A stretch of DNA of 64,000 nt from a bacterium (GTDB lineage Bacteria; UBA8248): the NCBI GenBank assembly GCA_965213685.1, contig CBDBZY010000041.1, positions 512,001 to 576,000 on the forward strand, in the 5' to 3' direction. This document shows, piece by piece, positions 24,965 to 36,325 of the stretch. The notes beneath the pieces were generated by a model. That model was not told the origin of the DNA. It ran no database searches and saw only the letters and a list, made by a program, of their open reading frames with translations. Every line of letters begins with the position of its first letter. The stretch's first letter is position 1. The position numbers and the translations under genes were made by a program.

Positions 24965-26169
24965 ACTGGAACTATTCACATGTGCACACTTAACAGCCCC
25001 ACACATAATGATGACAGTCATGTGACCTTTGCTCCTGCAGGTTTGGGGTGCCTGGGGAGGAGGCTGGCCAGTGGCCACTGACCATGTACACATGTGCACT
25101 GCACAGTAGCTTGACCATGATGTGGCTGCCCTGCAGGAGTCTGCCAGCCTTCAGAGAGTGGTGCTGTCTACCTCACACTGTGCTCCATGCATGAGGTGAG
25201 CCTTCTGCATTGGTGGGAGAGAGAGGGAGGGAGGGAGGGAGGGAGGGAGGGAGGGAGGGAGAGGGGGAGGGAGGGAGTGAGGGAGGGGGGGGGAGGGAGG
25301 GAGGGAAGAAGAGGAAGGGAGGGATGGAGGGAAAGAGGTATGAAAGAAGGGAGGGAGGGCTAGTACAGTGTAAGTAACCTCATTTCCAGGCTCTCCCCCT
25401 AGTGCAAGCGTATGATTTTTACATTCTTGTACCCTAAAGGTCATATGTGTGTGCTAGTGGGAGAGCCTGGGAATGAGGCCGCAGTGTAAACAAGTAATAC
25501 ACATACACATGCACATGGGCCACAGTGGGACTGGCCTGCAAAAATGCGGGATTGTATGCACCTGTGATACCATAAACACCAGTTGTTAGGCACATGCGCC
25601 TATAGATGTAAAGAGTAAGACATTATGCACTTAATAATGAATATCGCTAAACGAGAGTTCGGTATACCACAGTTATAGTGTCCATAAATGTGCTCGGTCC
25701 TGTACAGCAAGCCAAGAGTCTATCCATTGTCAATGTTGTCTGCTTTACCGTCGTCAGTTGCTTCTGGCACCTAGCGACTACGAGCCGCGTATTTATCGCA
25801 TGTGCCTAATAAAAGGGTGTGGCAGATATCTAAAAACTATGCGCTTAACAGTGAAGCTTAATAACAAGGTGCACCTAACAACCGGTATGTGCATGTACAG
25901 TACATGTACATGTAGATGTATACATGTATGGGCCTACAAGGTGGCTCTCCTGCTGGCCTAACCCTCTCTCTGAGGTCTCTGATGGCAGTGTCAGTCACTC
26001 CCTCTCTCCCTCCCACGGCAGGCCACAAGGTCAGAGGTCACCACAGAGCCTCCCTCTGCAGTCCCCAGCCATCCCTCATGAAGTGTGGGAGTGTGGGAGT
26101 GTGTGGTGGAGGAGCACAAGATGCTCTCGACTGTAGTTGTGCCCTCCACACTCCACTGGTACACACATG

Positions 26170-26253
<84 letters not shown>

Positions 26254-26799
26254 ATACATAACATTGTACATGTACATGTACATGTATATGTATGGGGCAC
26301 AGAGCAATAGGCACAAAGACAATCAGAGCAGAGGGTGACCTGCTGTAGGATGAAGAAGAACTGAACTTGCAGGTGCATGTCCTATAAACATATCTATGGG
26401 AACCAGTGCACAAGATAAAGCAACTAACTATCATGAGCCACTTTTGAACATTAACCAGCCTCAGAATGGCACATCAGCTAGCTGCGCCACTTCTTATTGG
26501 CATGTTGCGCCGAGGGTTCTGCACTTCAGTGCATTCATTTTCTAAGCCTTTGAGGCTGTTGTAAATTGTTGGTGTTCGTTCGTTTCTTTCTTCCTTCTTT
26601 TCCTTCCTCCTTTCTTGCCCATGCACACACTTTACTGCTCCACATACTGCACTGCACACACAATACCAGAATGCACACACATGCATGCACACACGTACAT
26701 GTATACGTGCATGTGGTTTTGTCGCAAGCTATAGTGTGCATTGAATAGAACTAGCGACTTTCTCTCCTTCACGCAGAATGAAGCTCTCTGCAGGCTCAC

Positions 26800-26862
26800 C
26801 TCGTCCGTGTCCCTGAGAGGAATCTCTATGGAGGACGCACCAGGTACGTAGCGCGTGGCCAT
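26800..26862 (-). pseudogene. CTR9: CTR9 exon 1 duplicate (exon 2 lost)
   Basis: Identical peptide [21 protein letters not shown] with gtgag donor; similarity to the other copies breaks near 26615. Confidence 0.85.
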
Positions 26863-27911
26863 CTCCACTCGCTGCCGCAGGAGAGAGGGAGCAGAGGCTG
26901 GAGCGATGGAGTGCAGTGAGCGTGAGGTGCTTCTATTTAGAGCACATGGGCGGAGTTAGTCCTGCCGCGTGGTCGGGCCAGCAAAGAGCGTGTCTCCATG
27001 CGACTGGTGGTGCGAATGGACTGCGCAGGGCAGGGCGGAGAGTCACAGCAAAGGGAGATCAGTTATGAGTATGGAGCGCAGCCATTGTGGAGAGTGGTGC
27101 GGATGAAGCTTATCGGGCACATGTCGTCCTTAGGAACTGCGAGATTAGAGACACTGGCCGGCTCGCTATCGCTCACAAATGGGGCACCAAGGCCCGGATG
27201 CCATGACCCTACAGCGCACTGCTCTCCACTATCACCTCATATCATACAACAGTGTTGTCCCTTCCTCCGCTGCGTGCCTCCCTCCTTTCCCCTCCCTGTC
27301 TTTCTTCTCCCCTCACACTCTATCTCCCCCTCCTCCTCCTCCTCCTCCTCGTTTCCTCTCTCTCTCTCACTCACTACAGTGTGTAGGACTACAATGCCCA
27401 GAGTTGGTTTGACCCGTTTATTTGGTTGAGTGACCAGGCAAGGGCTAGGAACTACTCTACTTCCATCATGCCCTCATCACACTGGTAAAAAGATTTTAAC
27501 ACTTGACCCCTCACTACATGTACTTCTCTTCCTCCTCTTTCTCCCTCCCTCCGCATCTCTCGTTCAAATTTCTTCTCCCTCTCTCCCTCTCTCCCTCCCT
27601 CCCTCTCTCCTGCAGAATTGGCACTGGAGGAGACAGCACAGGGCACTAAATACAGAACTGTCAGTGCCATCAAAGCCATCCTGTGAGACACGCACTGCAG
27701 TCAGAGACAATTGTCTGTAATTGCTGTGTGTCCTCACCATGTAGTCACTGTATCCCCCTCTCCTCCCCCTCCTTCTCCTCCTCTGCCTCCTCCTCCTCCT
27801 CTTCCTCCTCCAGATTTCTCTATCACTCACTCTCCCCCTCCCTCCATGCTTTCTCTCATACTATTACTGCTGTCTTCATCAGTCCAAACACGTGATGTCA
27901 CAATTATTCTT

Positions 27912-28356
27912 ATTGGGGCGAGCCTTAGCGAGCCCCTTCTAGTCCACTCAACACCTGCGCTGTCTGTATATATATATTATCATGTATCGTACGACCGTCA
28001 CCTTCCGAGGGCGCATGCGTACGATTTAAATTCAAAAGCGGCACGTGGGGTTTACATCGAACGTACATCGGACGTTGAAGTTCAAAGGTCTCAAAGGTCG
28101 ACTTGGCGCAGCGTCGCAACATGGACTCCGAGCAGAGAAGAGAAGCAAGGCTGAGCCGTAGAAGAGAACGCGAGAGACAGGTCGGTAAACACTCCGTGAA
28201 CCGTCGCCCTTCGCTCTCTTCCATTTCTGACACGTCCCACTCGTCCAGCTTGCGCTTTCTTCCAGCCATTTCGCACAACATAAAATGTCACTTCCACTCG
28301 GCAACAAGTCAAAGTCGGAAGTAGGCTCGCCCCACAATGCTTGCATTTCGACTAGT
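27912..28356 (+). mobile_element. Non-autonomous Helitron/Helentron-like element
   Basis: Subterminal inverted ggggcgagcct/aggctcgcccc, 3' CTAGT, no TSD, internal MDSEQRREARLSRRRERER remnant. Empty site at about 1806. Confidence 0.6.
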
Positions 28357-28965
28357 GTTATGAACAAACTGCCTTTAAATCAAAAAGTTTAATTGAATTT
28401 TACAAAGTTCACAATGCATTAATGTAACACACGTATCAGCTAGTGTAGGGTGTTGGAGTGAATGTGTAGAAATGATAATCCAACATTTCATTATGAAGAT
28501 ATGATTTCAATTGTTACAGTATACAAAGTATTTCATGTTATGTGTTATATACATGTACACCAGATACTTATATGTCATACTTCACAAAGGTTGGGGTATA
28601 GTTAATCCAACACACATACACGTAATAGCAGGTTGTAATGTGCATATTATGCTTTCTTTACTATAGTAGTATTAAGCAAAATGTACAATATAACGTCTAA
28701 TCTCACATAACATGATGTACACATGTTAACTCAGTTAACAAGACAAAGGCAAAGTAAATATACATGTAAACCACATATTCTACAAATTTGGTGATGTAAT
28801 TAAGCCAACACACATAATAGCAGGTTGTAGGAGTGAAGTAACATGTAATACATAGCAGCATACACAAATTATTAAATGTAAAATCAAATCACTGCAATAA
28901 TTAGTGGTAATTAGTTCACATGTACAGTTATGCATAGTGTGCTGTTATCAGAGAAGCAATCAGTG

Positions 28966-29922
28966 TTACTCTAATGATCCTACCCACACTTGCTGGGAAT
29001 ACCTCACAACACCCTCCACCCCTCTGGTCACAAGCAGTTCTTGCTGGGAATACCTCTCAACACCCTCCACCTCCCCTCCAGCTACAAGCAGTTCACCAGA
29101 GGGGAGTACTGCACAAGAGGGAGCATACATTCTCACAGGAAGCTCACCACACTTGCTCCATTTTTTCTCTTCTTCCTCATATCTGTAGAGCTCCTTTCTC
29201 TTCTCTGACCCTCCTACCTCCCTCCCTCCTACCAGTAGCAAGTGGTTCTGCAGGGCTAAGAGTGTGGGGCCACCTACTGGAGGGGATGGCAGTTCCTGCC
29301 ATGTTGGGTCAGTGATGGTGTTGCGAGTTGCATTTGATATCAGGGCGGGGAGGTGGGCGGAGAACACGTGAGGCTGACCATCTCTCCAGACATATGATGA
29401 GATGTATACGTAATCACTAATGATGACTGCTGTCATGTGCTGACCCCTCACAGGAACTGGCTGTGCACTGTACCACTGGCGAGTGGAGCAGTCCAGGACT
29501 TCTACTGTGTCCTTGTAGGGGAACCCACATGCCACAATGAGGTATTGCTGGTAGCCCACAGCAGCTGACCATGCTCTACCAGTGGGCATTCTTGGGTAGT
29601 GCTGAGTATTCCAAGGATGACCCTCACTGTCCCATAATTGGATAACAGTGCTGCCTTCCCAACCACCAGCTAGTAATAGCTGGTCCTTGACTGATGCCAT
29701 GGCAAACCAGCACACTGTGCTCTCTGGCAGCTGAGACCACTCACCAGTGGTAGAGTTGTATTGCACTACGACATACTCATTGCTGCCCCGCTCAGCATTC
29801 CCACTCCCAATGTGGACCTGTCCCTTCAGTAATGTAGTTTGGGCAAAGCGGATTCCAAAGGGTAAGTCCTTTCCTCTCCTCCATTTGAGTGGGAGGGGCC
29901 ATCTCAGTGGCTGGACCTGGGG
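28966..29922 (-). CDS. Kelch terminal exon, copy D (open; in-frame C-terminal duplication; no adjacent kinase exon)
   Basis: 957-nt phase-0 exon, open from PQVQPLRWP to VWVGSLE*; ELLV...YSQQ occurs twice. Confidence 0.85.
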   Translation of the reverse strand, partial: PQVQPLRWPLPLKWRRGKDLPFGIRFAQTTLLKGQVHIGSGNAERGSNEYVVVQYNSTTGEWSQLPESTVCWFAMASVKDQLLLAGGWEGSTVIQLWDSEGHPWNTQHYPRMPTGRAWSAAVGYQQYLIVACGFPYKDTVEVLDCSTRQWYSAQPVPVRGQHMTAVIISDYVYISSYVWRDGQPHVFSAHLPALISNATRNTITDPTWQELPSPPVGGPTLLALQNHLLLVGGREVGGSEKRKELYRYEEEEKKWSKCGELPVRMYAPSCAVLPSGELLVAGGEVEGVERYSQQELLVTRGVEGVVRYSQQVWVGSLE

Positions 29923-31473
29923 CTGTAATGAGGTGAATGATGCAGGGAGGGAGGGAGGGAGGGGGGAGGGGGAGGAAGACAGAAGGAGTGATGTAGAATA
30001 GTGGCATGGAGAGAAGATGAAAGAGAGTAGGAGTGAGGAAAGGGGGAGGAAGGAGAAAGATAATTATGATAATGATATTCCATGCACTTGTCCATTATTG
30101 TTTTGTATAATTATACACAGGTATGGTATAGCTGGCTAGTATTGCAGGAGGCAATATCTATGGTCCACGGCATTGCCATTCTTACAACACCATTCTTAAC
30201 ACCTCATCATTAATTAGCTATTATTAATTCCTTGGCAAGGAGGTTAACGATTAAATTTTACGAGTAACACACTATATCCCATCTTGTGTGGCTGGCTCAC
30301 AGGTGGAGGATGTGCACTGTTCTGGAGAATGGCCACACCAGTCTCTCCTCTCTCACCATATGTGTGAGTGTCTTCCTCTAGCTCTTCCTCCCTCCCTCTC
30401 CCTCCCTCCCTCTCCTTCCCTCCCTCCCCCTTCCTCTCCTTCCCTCCCTCTCCTTCCCTCCCACCTTGTGCAGTTTTAGTTTAGAGGGATTTGCAGTTGA
30501 TTAATTCTTAGTTCAATTACCAATGCTGGAGCAATTTTGTTTAGTTTTCCTAATTAATTTTGTTATACTTCGATCTCTTTAGAACTTCAACACAATTCTT
30601 TTGATTATAATATCCCTGATTACTTGCTAGTAAGGATGTAGTTAAAAACACAACAACAACTTACTGTAGTTTTTGTTACATGTAGATATTAACAACAATA
30701 CCATTTACTAGAAGGTTGCACAGATTACTACAGAATTCAACACAATGACTGCAGTAACTGTGTACTGACTTTGCAGTACTGGTTTTAATTAACATTACTG
30801 TGGGCTGTGATAATTAGGTTAATGTACTTTTGTTGCAATTAACTACTACAGTCCCACCCTCCTTCCCTTCCTCTCACCCTTCCCTCACACACTCGCCCCC
30901 TCCCCTCCTCCTCTCCCCTCTCCTCCCCTCTCCCTCCCCTCCTCCTCTCCCCATGCCATATGATTGTGTGTGTCCACCTCTAGCTCTTCTTCCATCCCTT
31001 CCATTCTCCCCTCTCCTTACCTTCCTACCCCCTTATCCCTCTCTCCCTCCCCCCTCCTCCCCTCCCCCCTCGTCTCCTCCCTCCCCTTCCCCCATCCCCC
31101 TTCCCTGCTCTCCCTCTCCCTCTTCTACCTCCCCTCCTCCCTCCCTCCCCTCCTCCCCACCTTCTTTCACCCTCCCTCACTTCCTATCTTCCCTCCATCC
31201 TTCCTTCATCCCTCCTTCGTTAACTACATGTATAAACTACATTGTAGTGAACAGATATCCTTCTGGTGCATGAACTGAACTAAGAGAAACTGTAACTACA
31301 ACTAAAACAGGTTCATTGAACTGATTGGCTGCATTCAAAACCCCCTCCCCCTCTCTCTCTCTTCCTCCTCCCCTCCCTCCTCCTCCCTCTTATAAACACA
31401 AATAGGCCTGTGTGGCTAGGTGGATCCATAACAATGCTAATACTATACTACACTAGTCAGATAACATTGATAT

Positions 31474-31514
31474 TCAAACGTTTCGGTAGCCATACGGCCA
31501 CCATCATCAGTGAA
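31474..31514 (-). ncRNA. Minimal type I hammerhead ribozyme in the Penelope terminal repeat
   Basis: uuca-CUGAUGA-u-GGUGGCC guau GGCUACC-GAAAC-GUU-ugaa: conserved core, stem II, short stem I and palindromic ACGU stem III. Confidence 0.7.
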
Positions 31515-32296
31515 AACTGAAACACAGAACAAAACACTCACATGATATAGGCTATGAACTGGAGGCATAGGGACAAGATTGGAACGTGCCGAACAATGAC
31601 CAACTATAGTCAAAGAACAATGCAGACATAGACAGACAACCCAGGTCAGCACTTGGAATCCACTAGGTCATCATACATTGGTGGTAGATTGCCTGTGTCT
31701 CTGCTCAGTGTGTGGTCGGTGAATCAAATGTGGATGGCCTCCTGGATCAATCTAGAGTGGTAATCTGGGCAGCTAGAGAGAACACAGGTGTTCTCCCAGT
31801 CAACAGGGTGGCTGGCAGTCCACGCATGCTCAGCCAGGGCAGAAGAATTAAAATCAGCTGTTCTGACGGCTCTCTTATGCTCAGACAAACGTTTGCATAG
31901 TCGACGTCCAGTCTGTCCGATGTAGACCATTGGACAGTTGCCACAGGGGCTCTTGTAGACGACACCCGATATCTGGAGCTCAGGCACCCTGTCCTTTGGT
32001 CGAGACAGTAATTGCCTGAAAGTCTGAAAGGGTTTATAACACACCCTAATCTGCAATGGAGTCAAAATGCGTTCGATGCACTCAGACACTCCACGGACAT
32101 AGGGAATAACAGCACATGCCCTGTACTCTGGTGTTGATGAGGGTGGAACAGTACGAGGTGACTGAGAAGATTGAATGAACGATCGCGGGTAACCATTCAA
32201 TCTCAGGGCAGATGTAACACGGCTGGTTTCCTTGATCTGGCCACGTTGTGATGACGAATGGGTTGAAGCCCTAGAAGAAAGGGTACATACTACCGC

Positions 32297-32342
32297 CATA
32301 GATATTAGAGACACGTAACCGGTTATGTGTCTAATATCTATG
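32297..32342. mobile_element. 46-bp palindromic micro-MITE with 7-bp TSD, interrupting the Penelope ORF
   Basis: ctaccgc|catagatattag...ctaatatctatg|ctaccgc. Confidence 0.8.
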
Positions 32343-33294
32343 CTACCGCTCTCTTGTGAGAAAAAGGATGGTGGGAGGAGAAGTCAAGGTATCTATCTGT
32401 GTGAGTTGGTTTTCTATATACAGATGTGTTGAGAGAGCCATCAGATTCCCGGTAGACGTTAACATCAAGGAATGGTAGTCCGCCATCATTCTCAACCTCA
32501 ACCATGAACTGAATGGAGCACTCGATGCTATTGAGATGTCCTAGTAGGTGATGGACCCTGTCAACACGAATCACAGTGAATACGTCATCAACGTACTGCT
32601 TCCAGAATGGGAGTTAAATGTCATATGAAGCCAAGGCATGTTCCTCCACATCTTCCATGACAAGATTGGCAATGGAGACAGACACTGGGGAACCCATGGC
32701 TGTCTCATATGTCTGTTTGAAAAACCATCCCCGAAAGCAGAGGTAGGTGGCTTTGAGACAAAACTCAAGAAGGCAGAGTAACTCCTGGACTGACAAGTTC
32801 GAACGTGATGGCAACATATCATCAGATGAAAGTCTGCGGTTGGCAGCATCAAGAGCTAGCTGTACCGGAACCTTTGTAAACAGGGAAACAACATCAAACG
32901 ACACCAAACGTTCATCTGGGCGGATGGCTTTGGATGTGATGAACGACACAAACACAGATGAACTGCGTACAAATGAGTCCGAGTTACCAATCAATGGAGC
33001 CAAATCTTTGAGAGGTACTTGAAGAGTTCATACGACAGTGACGAAACAAAGGAGACAATGGGTCTCAATGGAATACCAATGTTATCTGGCTAGTGTAGTA
33101 TAGTATTAGCATTGTTCCTCCCTCTTGTTCCTCTTCCCCCATTTCTCAATCCTTACATCTCTCGTATATACCTCCCTCCTCTTCATCCTTCCCTTCCTCC
33201 CACTCCCTTCCACCCTCTCTCTCCTCTCCCATTACACATGTTTCCACACTACTAGAGATAGTTACCACTACATGTAAACCACCCACTGCAGTAC

Positions 33295-33354
33295 CTGCTC
33301 ATGAGCGTTGGCCTGATTAGGAGAGCTCATCTGAGAGGAAGCTTTGGGGGCAGT
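33295..33354 (-). CDS. 60-nt phase-0 linker exon upstream of Kelch D (TAPKASSQMSSPNQANAHEQ)
   Basis: ttag acceptor, gtactg donor; paralog of 5310-5369. Confidence 0.6.
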
Positions 33355-33786
33355 CTAAAGGAAAGGAATATCACTGTGAAATATCTAATTGTAAGGAACA
33401 CTGTAGCAAGGAGAGAGTGAATGGGAGAAGAGAGGAGGAGGTCTAGAGGAATGGGTCTAAATATTAATGTGGTAAGGTGGAATGAAGGGGAGAAGGAAGG
33501 AGAGAGACTAGGGAGGAGGAAGGGAGGTGGGAAGAGATGGAGGAAGGGGGAGTAGGGGAGGAAAAAGGGGAAAAGGAGGGAAGAAGGGGAGAGAGGAGGG
33601 AGGAAGGGGGGAGAGAGGAGGGAGAGAGGAGAGAAGAAGAGGGAGGGGGAGGAGAGAGAGGGGTAAGGAGGGGAGGGGAAGGGGAGGGGAAGGGGAAAGG
33701 AAGGGGGGTAAGGGAAGGGATGAAGGAAGGGGAAGGAGGGAGGGTGGAATCAGAGGAGGGGCGAGGGTCAAAAGGTTAACCTATTA

Positions 33787-34065
33787 CAAGAGCGCATGAT
33801 AAAAAAGCGCGGAGGAAACTCTCATATTCACCTGCTGGAACGGGCGGAATATGCGTAGCGTACTAAATGTAGCCACACTTCCGTTTGCAGGAATCCGTAT
33901 GAAGTACACACATGACGTGTATAGCTTCAAAAAAAGTTCAAAGCCACAGAATAGGTGTGTTAATTGCGTGCGTTCTAAAAATAGTACTGGCAGGTTATTC
34001 TGCCCGTACCCGAATCCCGTGAAGTTGGATGCTCTTCCTCCGCGCTTTTTTATCATGCACTCTTG
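33787..34065. mobile_element. MITE with ~31-bp TIRs
   Basis: ctatta|caagagcgcatgataaaaaagcgcggaggaa ... ttcctccgcgcttttttatcatgcactcttg|ctatta. Confidence 0.8.
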
Positions 34066-36195
34066 CTATTATGATCACATACGCCATATATAATACACAG
34101 GACTCTGCATATTTCACCACTGCGCCCGAACAACACATCCCTGATCTTGTTAGTATAAGGATGTAGTTGAGTACACAACAACAACTTACTGTAGTTTTAG
34201 TTACATGTAATTACAACAATATAATACTATTTAATAGAAGTCTGCACAGATTACTACAGAATTCAACACCATGACTGCAGTGACTGTGTACAGATTTTGC
34301 AGTACTGGTTTTAATTAACATTACTGTGGGCTGTACATGTGACAATTAGTATTGGTTGCACTTTTGGTGTTAGTTGCAGTTAACTACTACAGTCCCACCC
34401 TCCTCCCCCCTTCCTCCCCTTCCTCTCACCCTTTCCTCACACCCCTCCTCCCCTCTCCCTCCTCTCCTCCTCTCCCCACTCCCCATGTCATATGATTGTG
34501 TGAGTGTCTACCTTAATCTCTTCTTCCATCCCTTCCATTCTCCCCTCTCCTTCCCTTCTTCCCCCTACCTCCCTCTCCTTCCCTTCCTCCTCCTTCCTCT
34601 CTCCTCTCACCCTTCCCTTGCCTCTCCCCCTCTCCCCTCCTCCCTCCCTCTCCCTCCCCCATTTCTCCTCCCCCCTCTCCCCCTCCCTTTTTCCCCTCCC
34701 CTCCCTCCCTTCCTCCCCCTCTCCACCTCCCCCTTTCCCCTCCCCCTTTCCCCTCCCCTTCCTCCCTTCCTCCTCCCCCTCCCCCATCCCCACTCCCCTC
34801 TTCCCTCACTCCCATTCCCCTCCTTTCTTCCTTTGGGGGCAGTCTGGGGAAATGTATACAATGAGGTGACTGATGTAGGGAGGGAGGAGAGAGGGGAGAG
34901 GGAAGGGGGACGGAAGGAGGAAGAAAGGGAGAGATCATTATTGTTTTCCTCACAACTAATCTTCCCACTGGAGTAATGATTACTAGGAGGGAGGGAGAGA
35001 GGGGAGCAAAGAGTGGTGGGAGGAGGGGAGGGTGGTAGGTAGAGCACAATATGCTCCATAGCTTGCCTATTATTCTATTCAGCAATTCTAAACTTAGCCT
35101 ACTATTCCTTCAGTTCCTGCCTATTATTCTCAAGTTTCTGCCCATTATGATCATAATTATTATGTAAACAAAAAAATGAAACCACGTACAGTAGTACAAC
35201 AAAAAGCCATTGCACGTGTAGAAAATGAGTCATTACCAACGATTCTTCTGTGCTGGATGAACTTAGGTTGCTGGAACGTAAGTTATGAGAGCTACACTTC
35301 GCCATTCATACACGCTTATCATGTGGTTCGTGCGCCTACGCTTATATTATTCCTTCACGCCACTCTCATTATTTCGGAATTATGCCCGCTGCTTGTATAT
35401 CCATATTATGCTGGAAAATATGCCAGCATATTGTGTGCAGGCCTAGGGTGTGGTCGCTGTGGTGGGAAGAGGATGGGGAGAGGGGGGAGGGGTTATAGAC
35501 TGGCTGGCCATTTTGTTAAATACTTACTAAGAACGGAGTAAAGGATTGCACTGCTAGGCTGGTCCACCATTACTAATTTAAAATACCGAAGAGGCTGCCC
35601 TAGCAATCCTGCCATTGACCACGTGCCCAGATATGTAGGTAGTCCACCATTACTAATGAAAGAATGAGGGAATTCGGATGTATCAACTTAAGTATTTGAC
35701 ACTGCCCACCACTCTTAATGCTTATATTGAAGGGTGTGCTATAACATCATATTGGAGGAGCCAATTCCAGTGAAACATCTGAATAACAGACACATGGACT
35801 TCTGTCTGTTGTAGAGAGGTTGTCTGTATCTTGGAGGTTTCCCCTAACTTTGGGGTTATATATATGTGCCATGTCGATCAAGAATAGCGTGCAGAAGTAT
35901 CTTTGATTTCATTACTTACTTAATGGCCAGTGAAGTCATTAGCAATATAGCTACTAACCTACAGGCTGATCACATTACCAGCTCCTCTTGAAACAAATGC
36001 TTTGCTGGATACTGGGAGGAGCCTGACTCAGTGAAGCACGGGAACAGTATCATGCTTGGAGATGATGATTTTATGGAGTAAGGAGTCATCAACAAGACAG
36101 CCGTGCTTCTAAGCAAAAAGAATTATGCAGGAATAACTTTTTTGATAATGTGAGCAAAATAGGTACAGGGCCTAACTGTGCAACTCTTATGTGTA

Positions 36196-36325
36196 GGTTA
36201 GTAACCCAACGCGAGTTTGTCGGGCATTTAGAATCCCCAGGGTGTGTTTACAGAGGGCGAAGCCCGACTATGTAAACACACGTGGGATTCTAAAGCCTGA
36301 AAAAACGAGGGTTGGGTTACTAACC
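36196..36325. repeat. Long hairpin with gggcgaagccc apex (transposon-terminus type)
   Basis: ggttagtaacccaac...gttgggttactaacc with nested stems. Confidence 0.6.

Larger units (their letters stand above)
31430..33116 (-). mobile_element. Penelope-like retroelement (RT + GIY-YIG endonuclease), 5'-truncated and degenerate
   Basis: LVSFDVVSLFTKVP, AMGSPVS, LPFLDV, VYRKPTHTDRYL, GVVYK.PC..C..VYIGQTGR; 40-bp inverted termini at 31430-31469 and 33077-33116. Confidence 0.92.
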
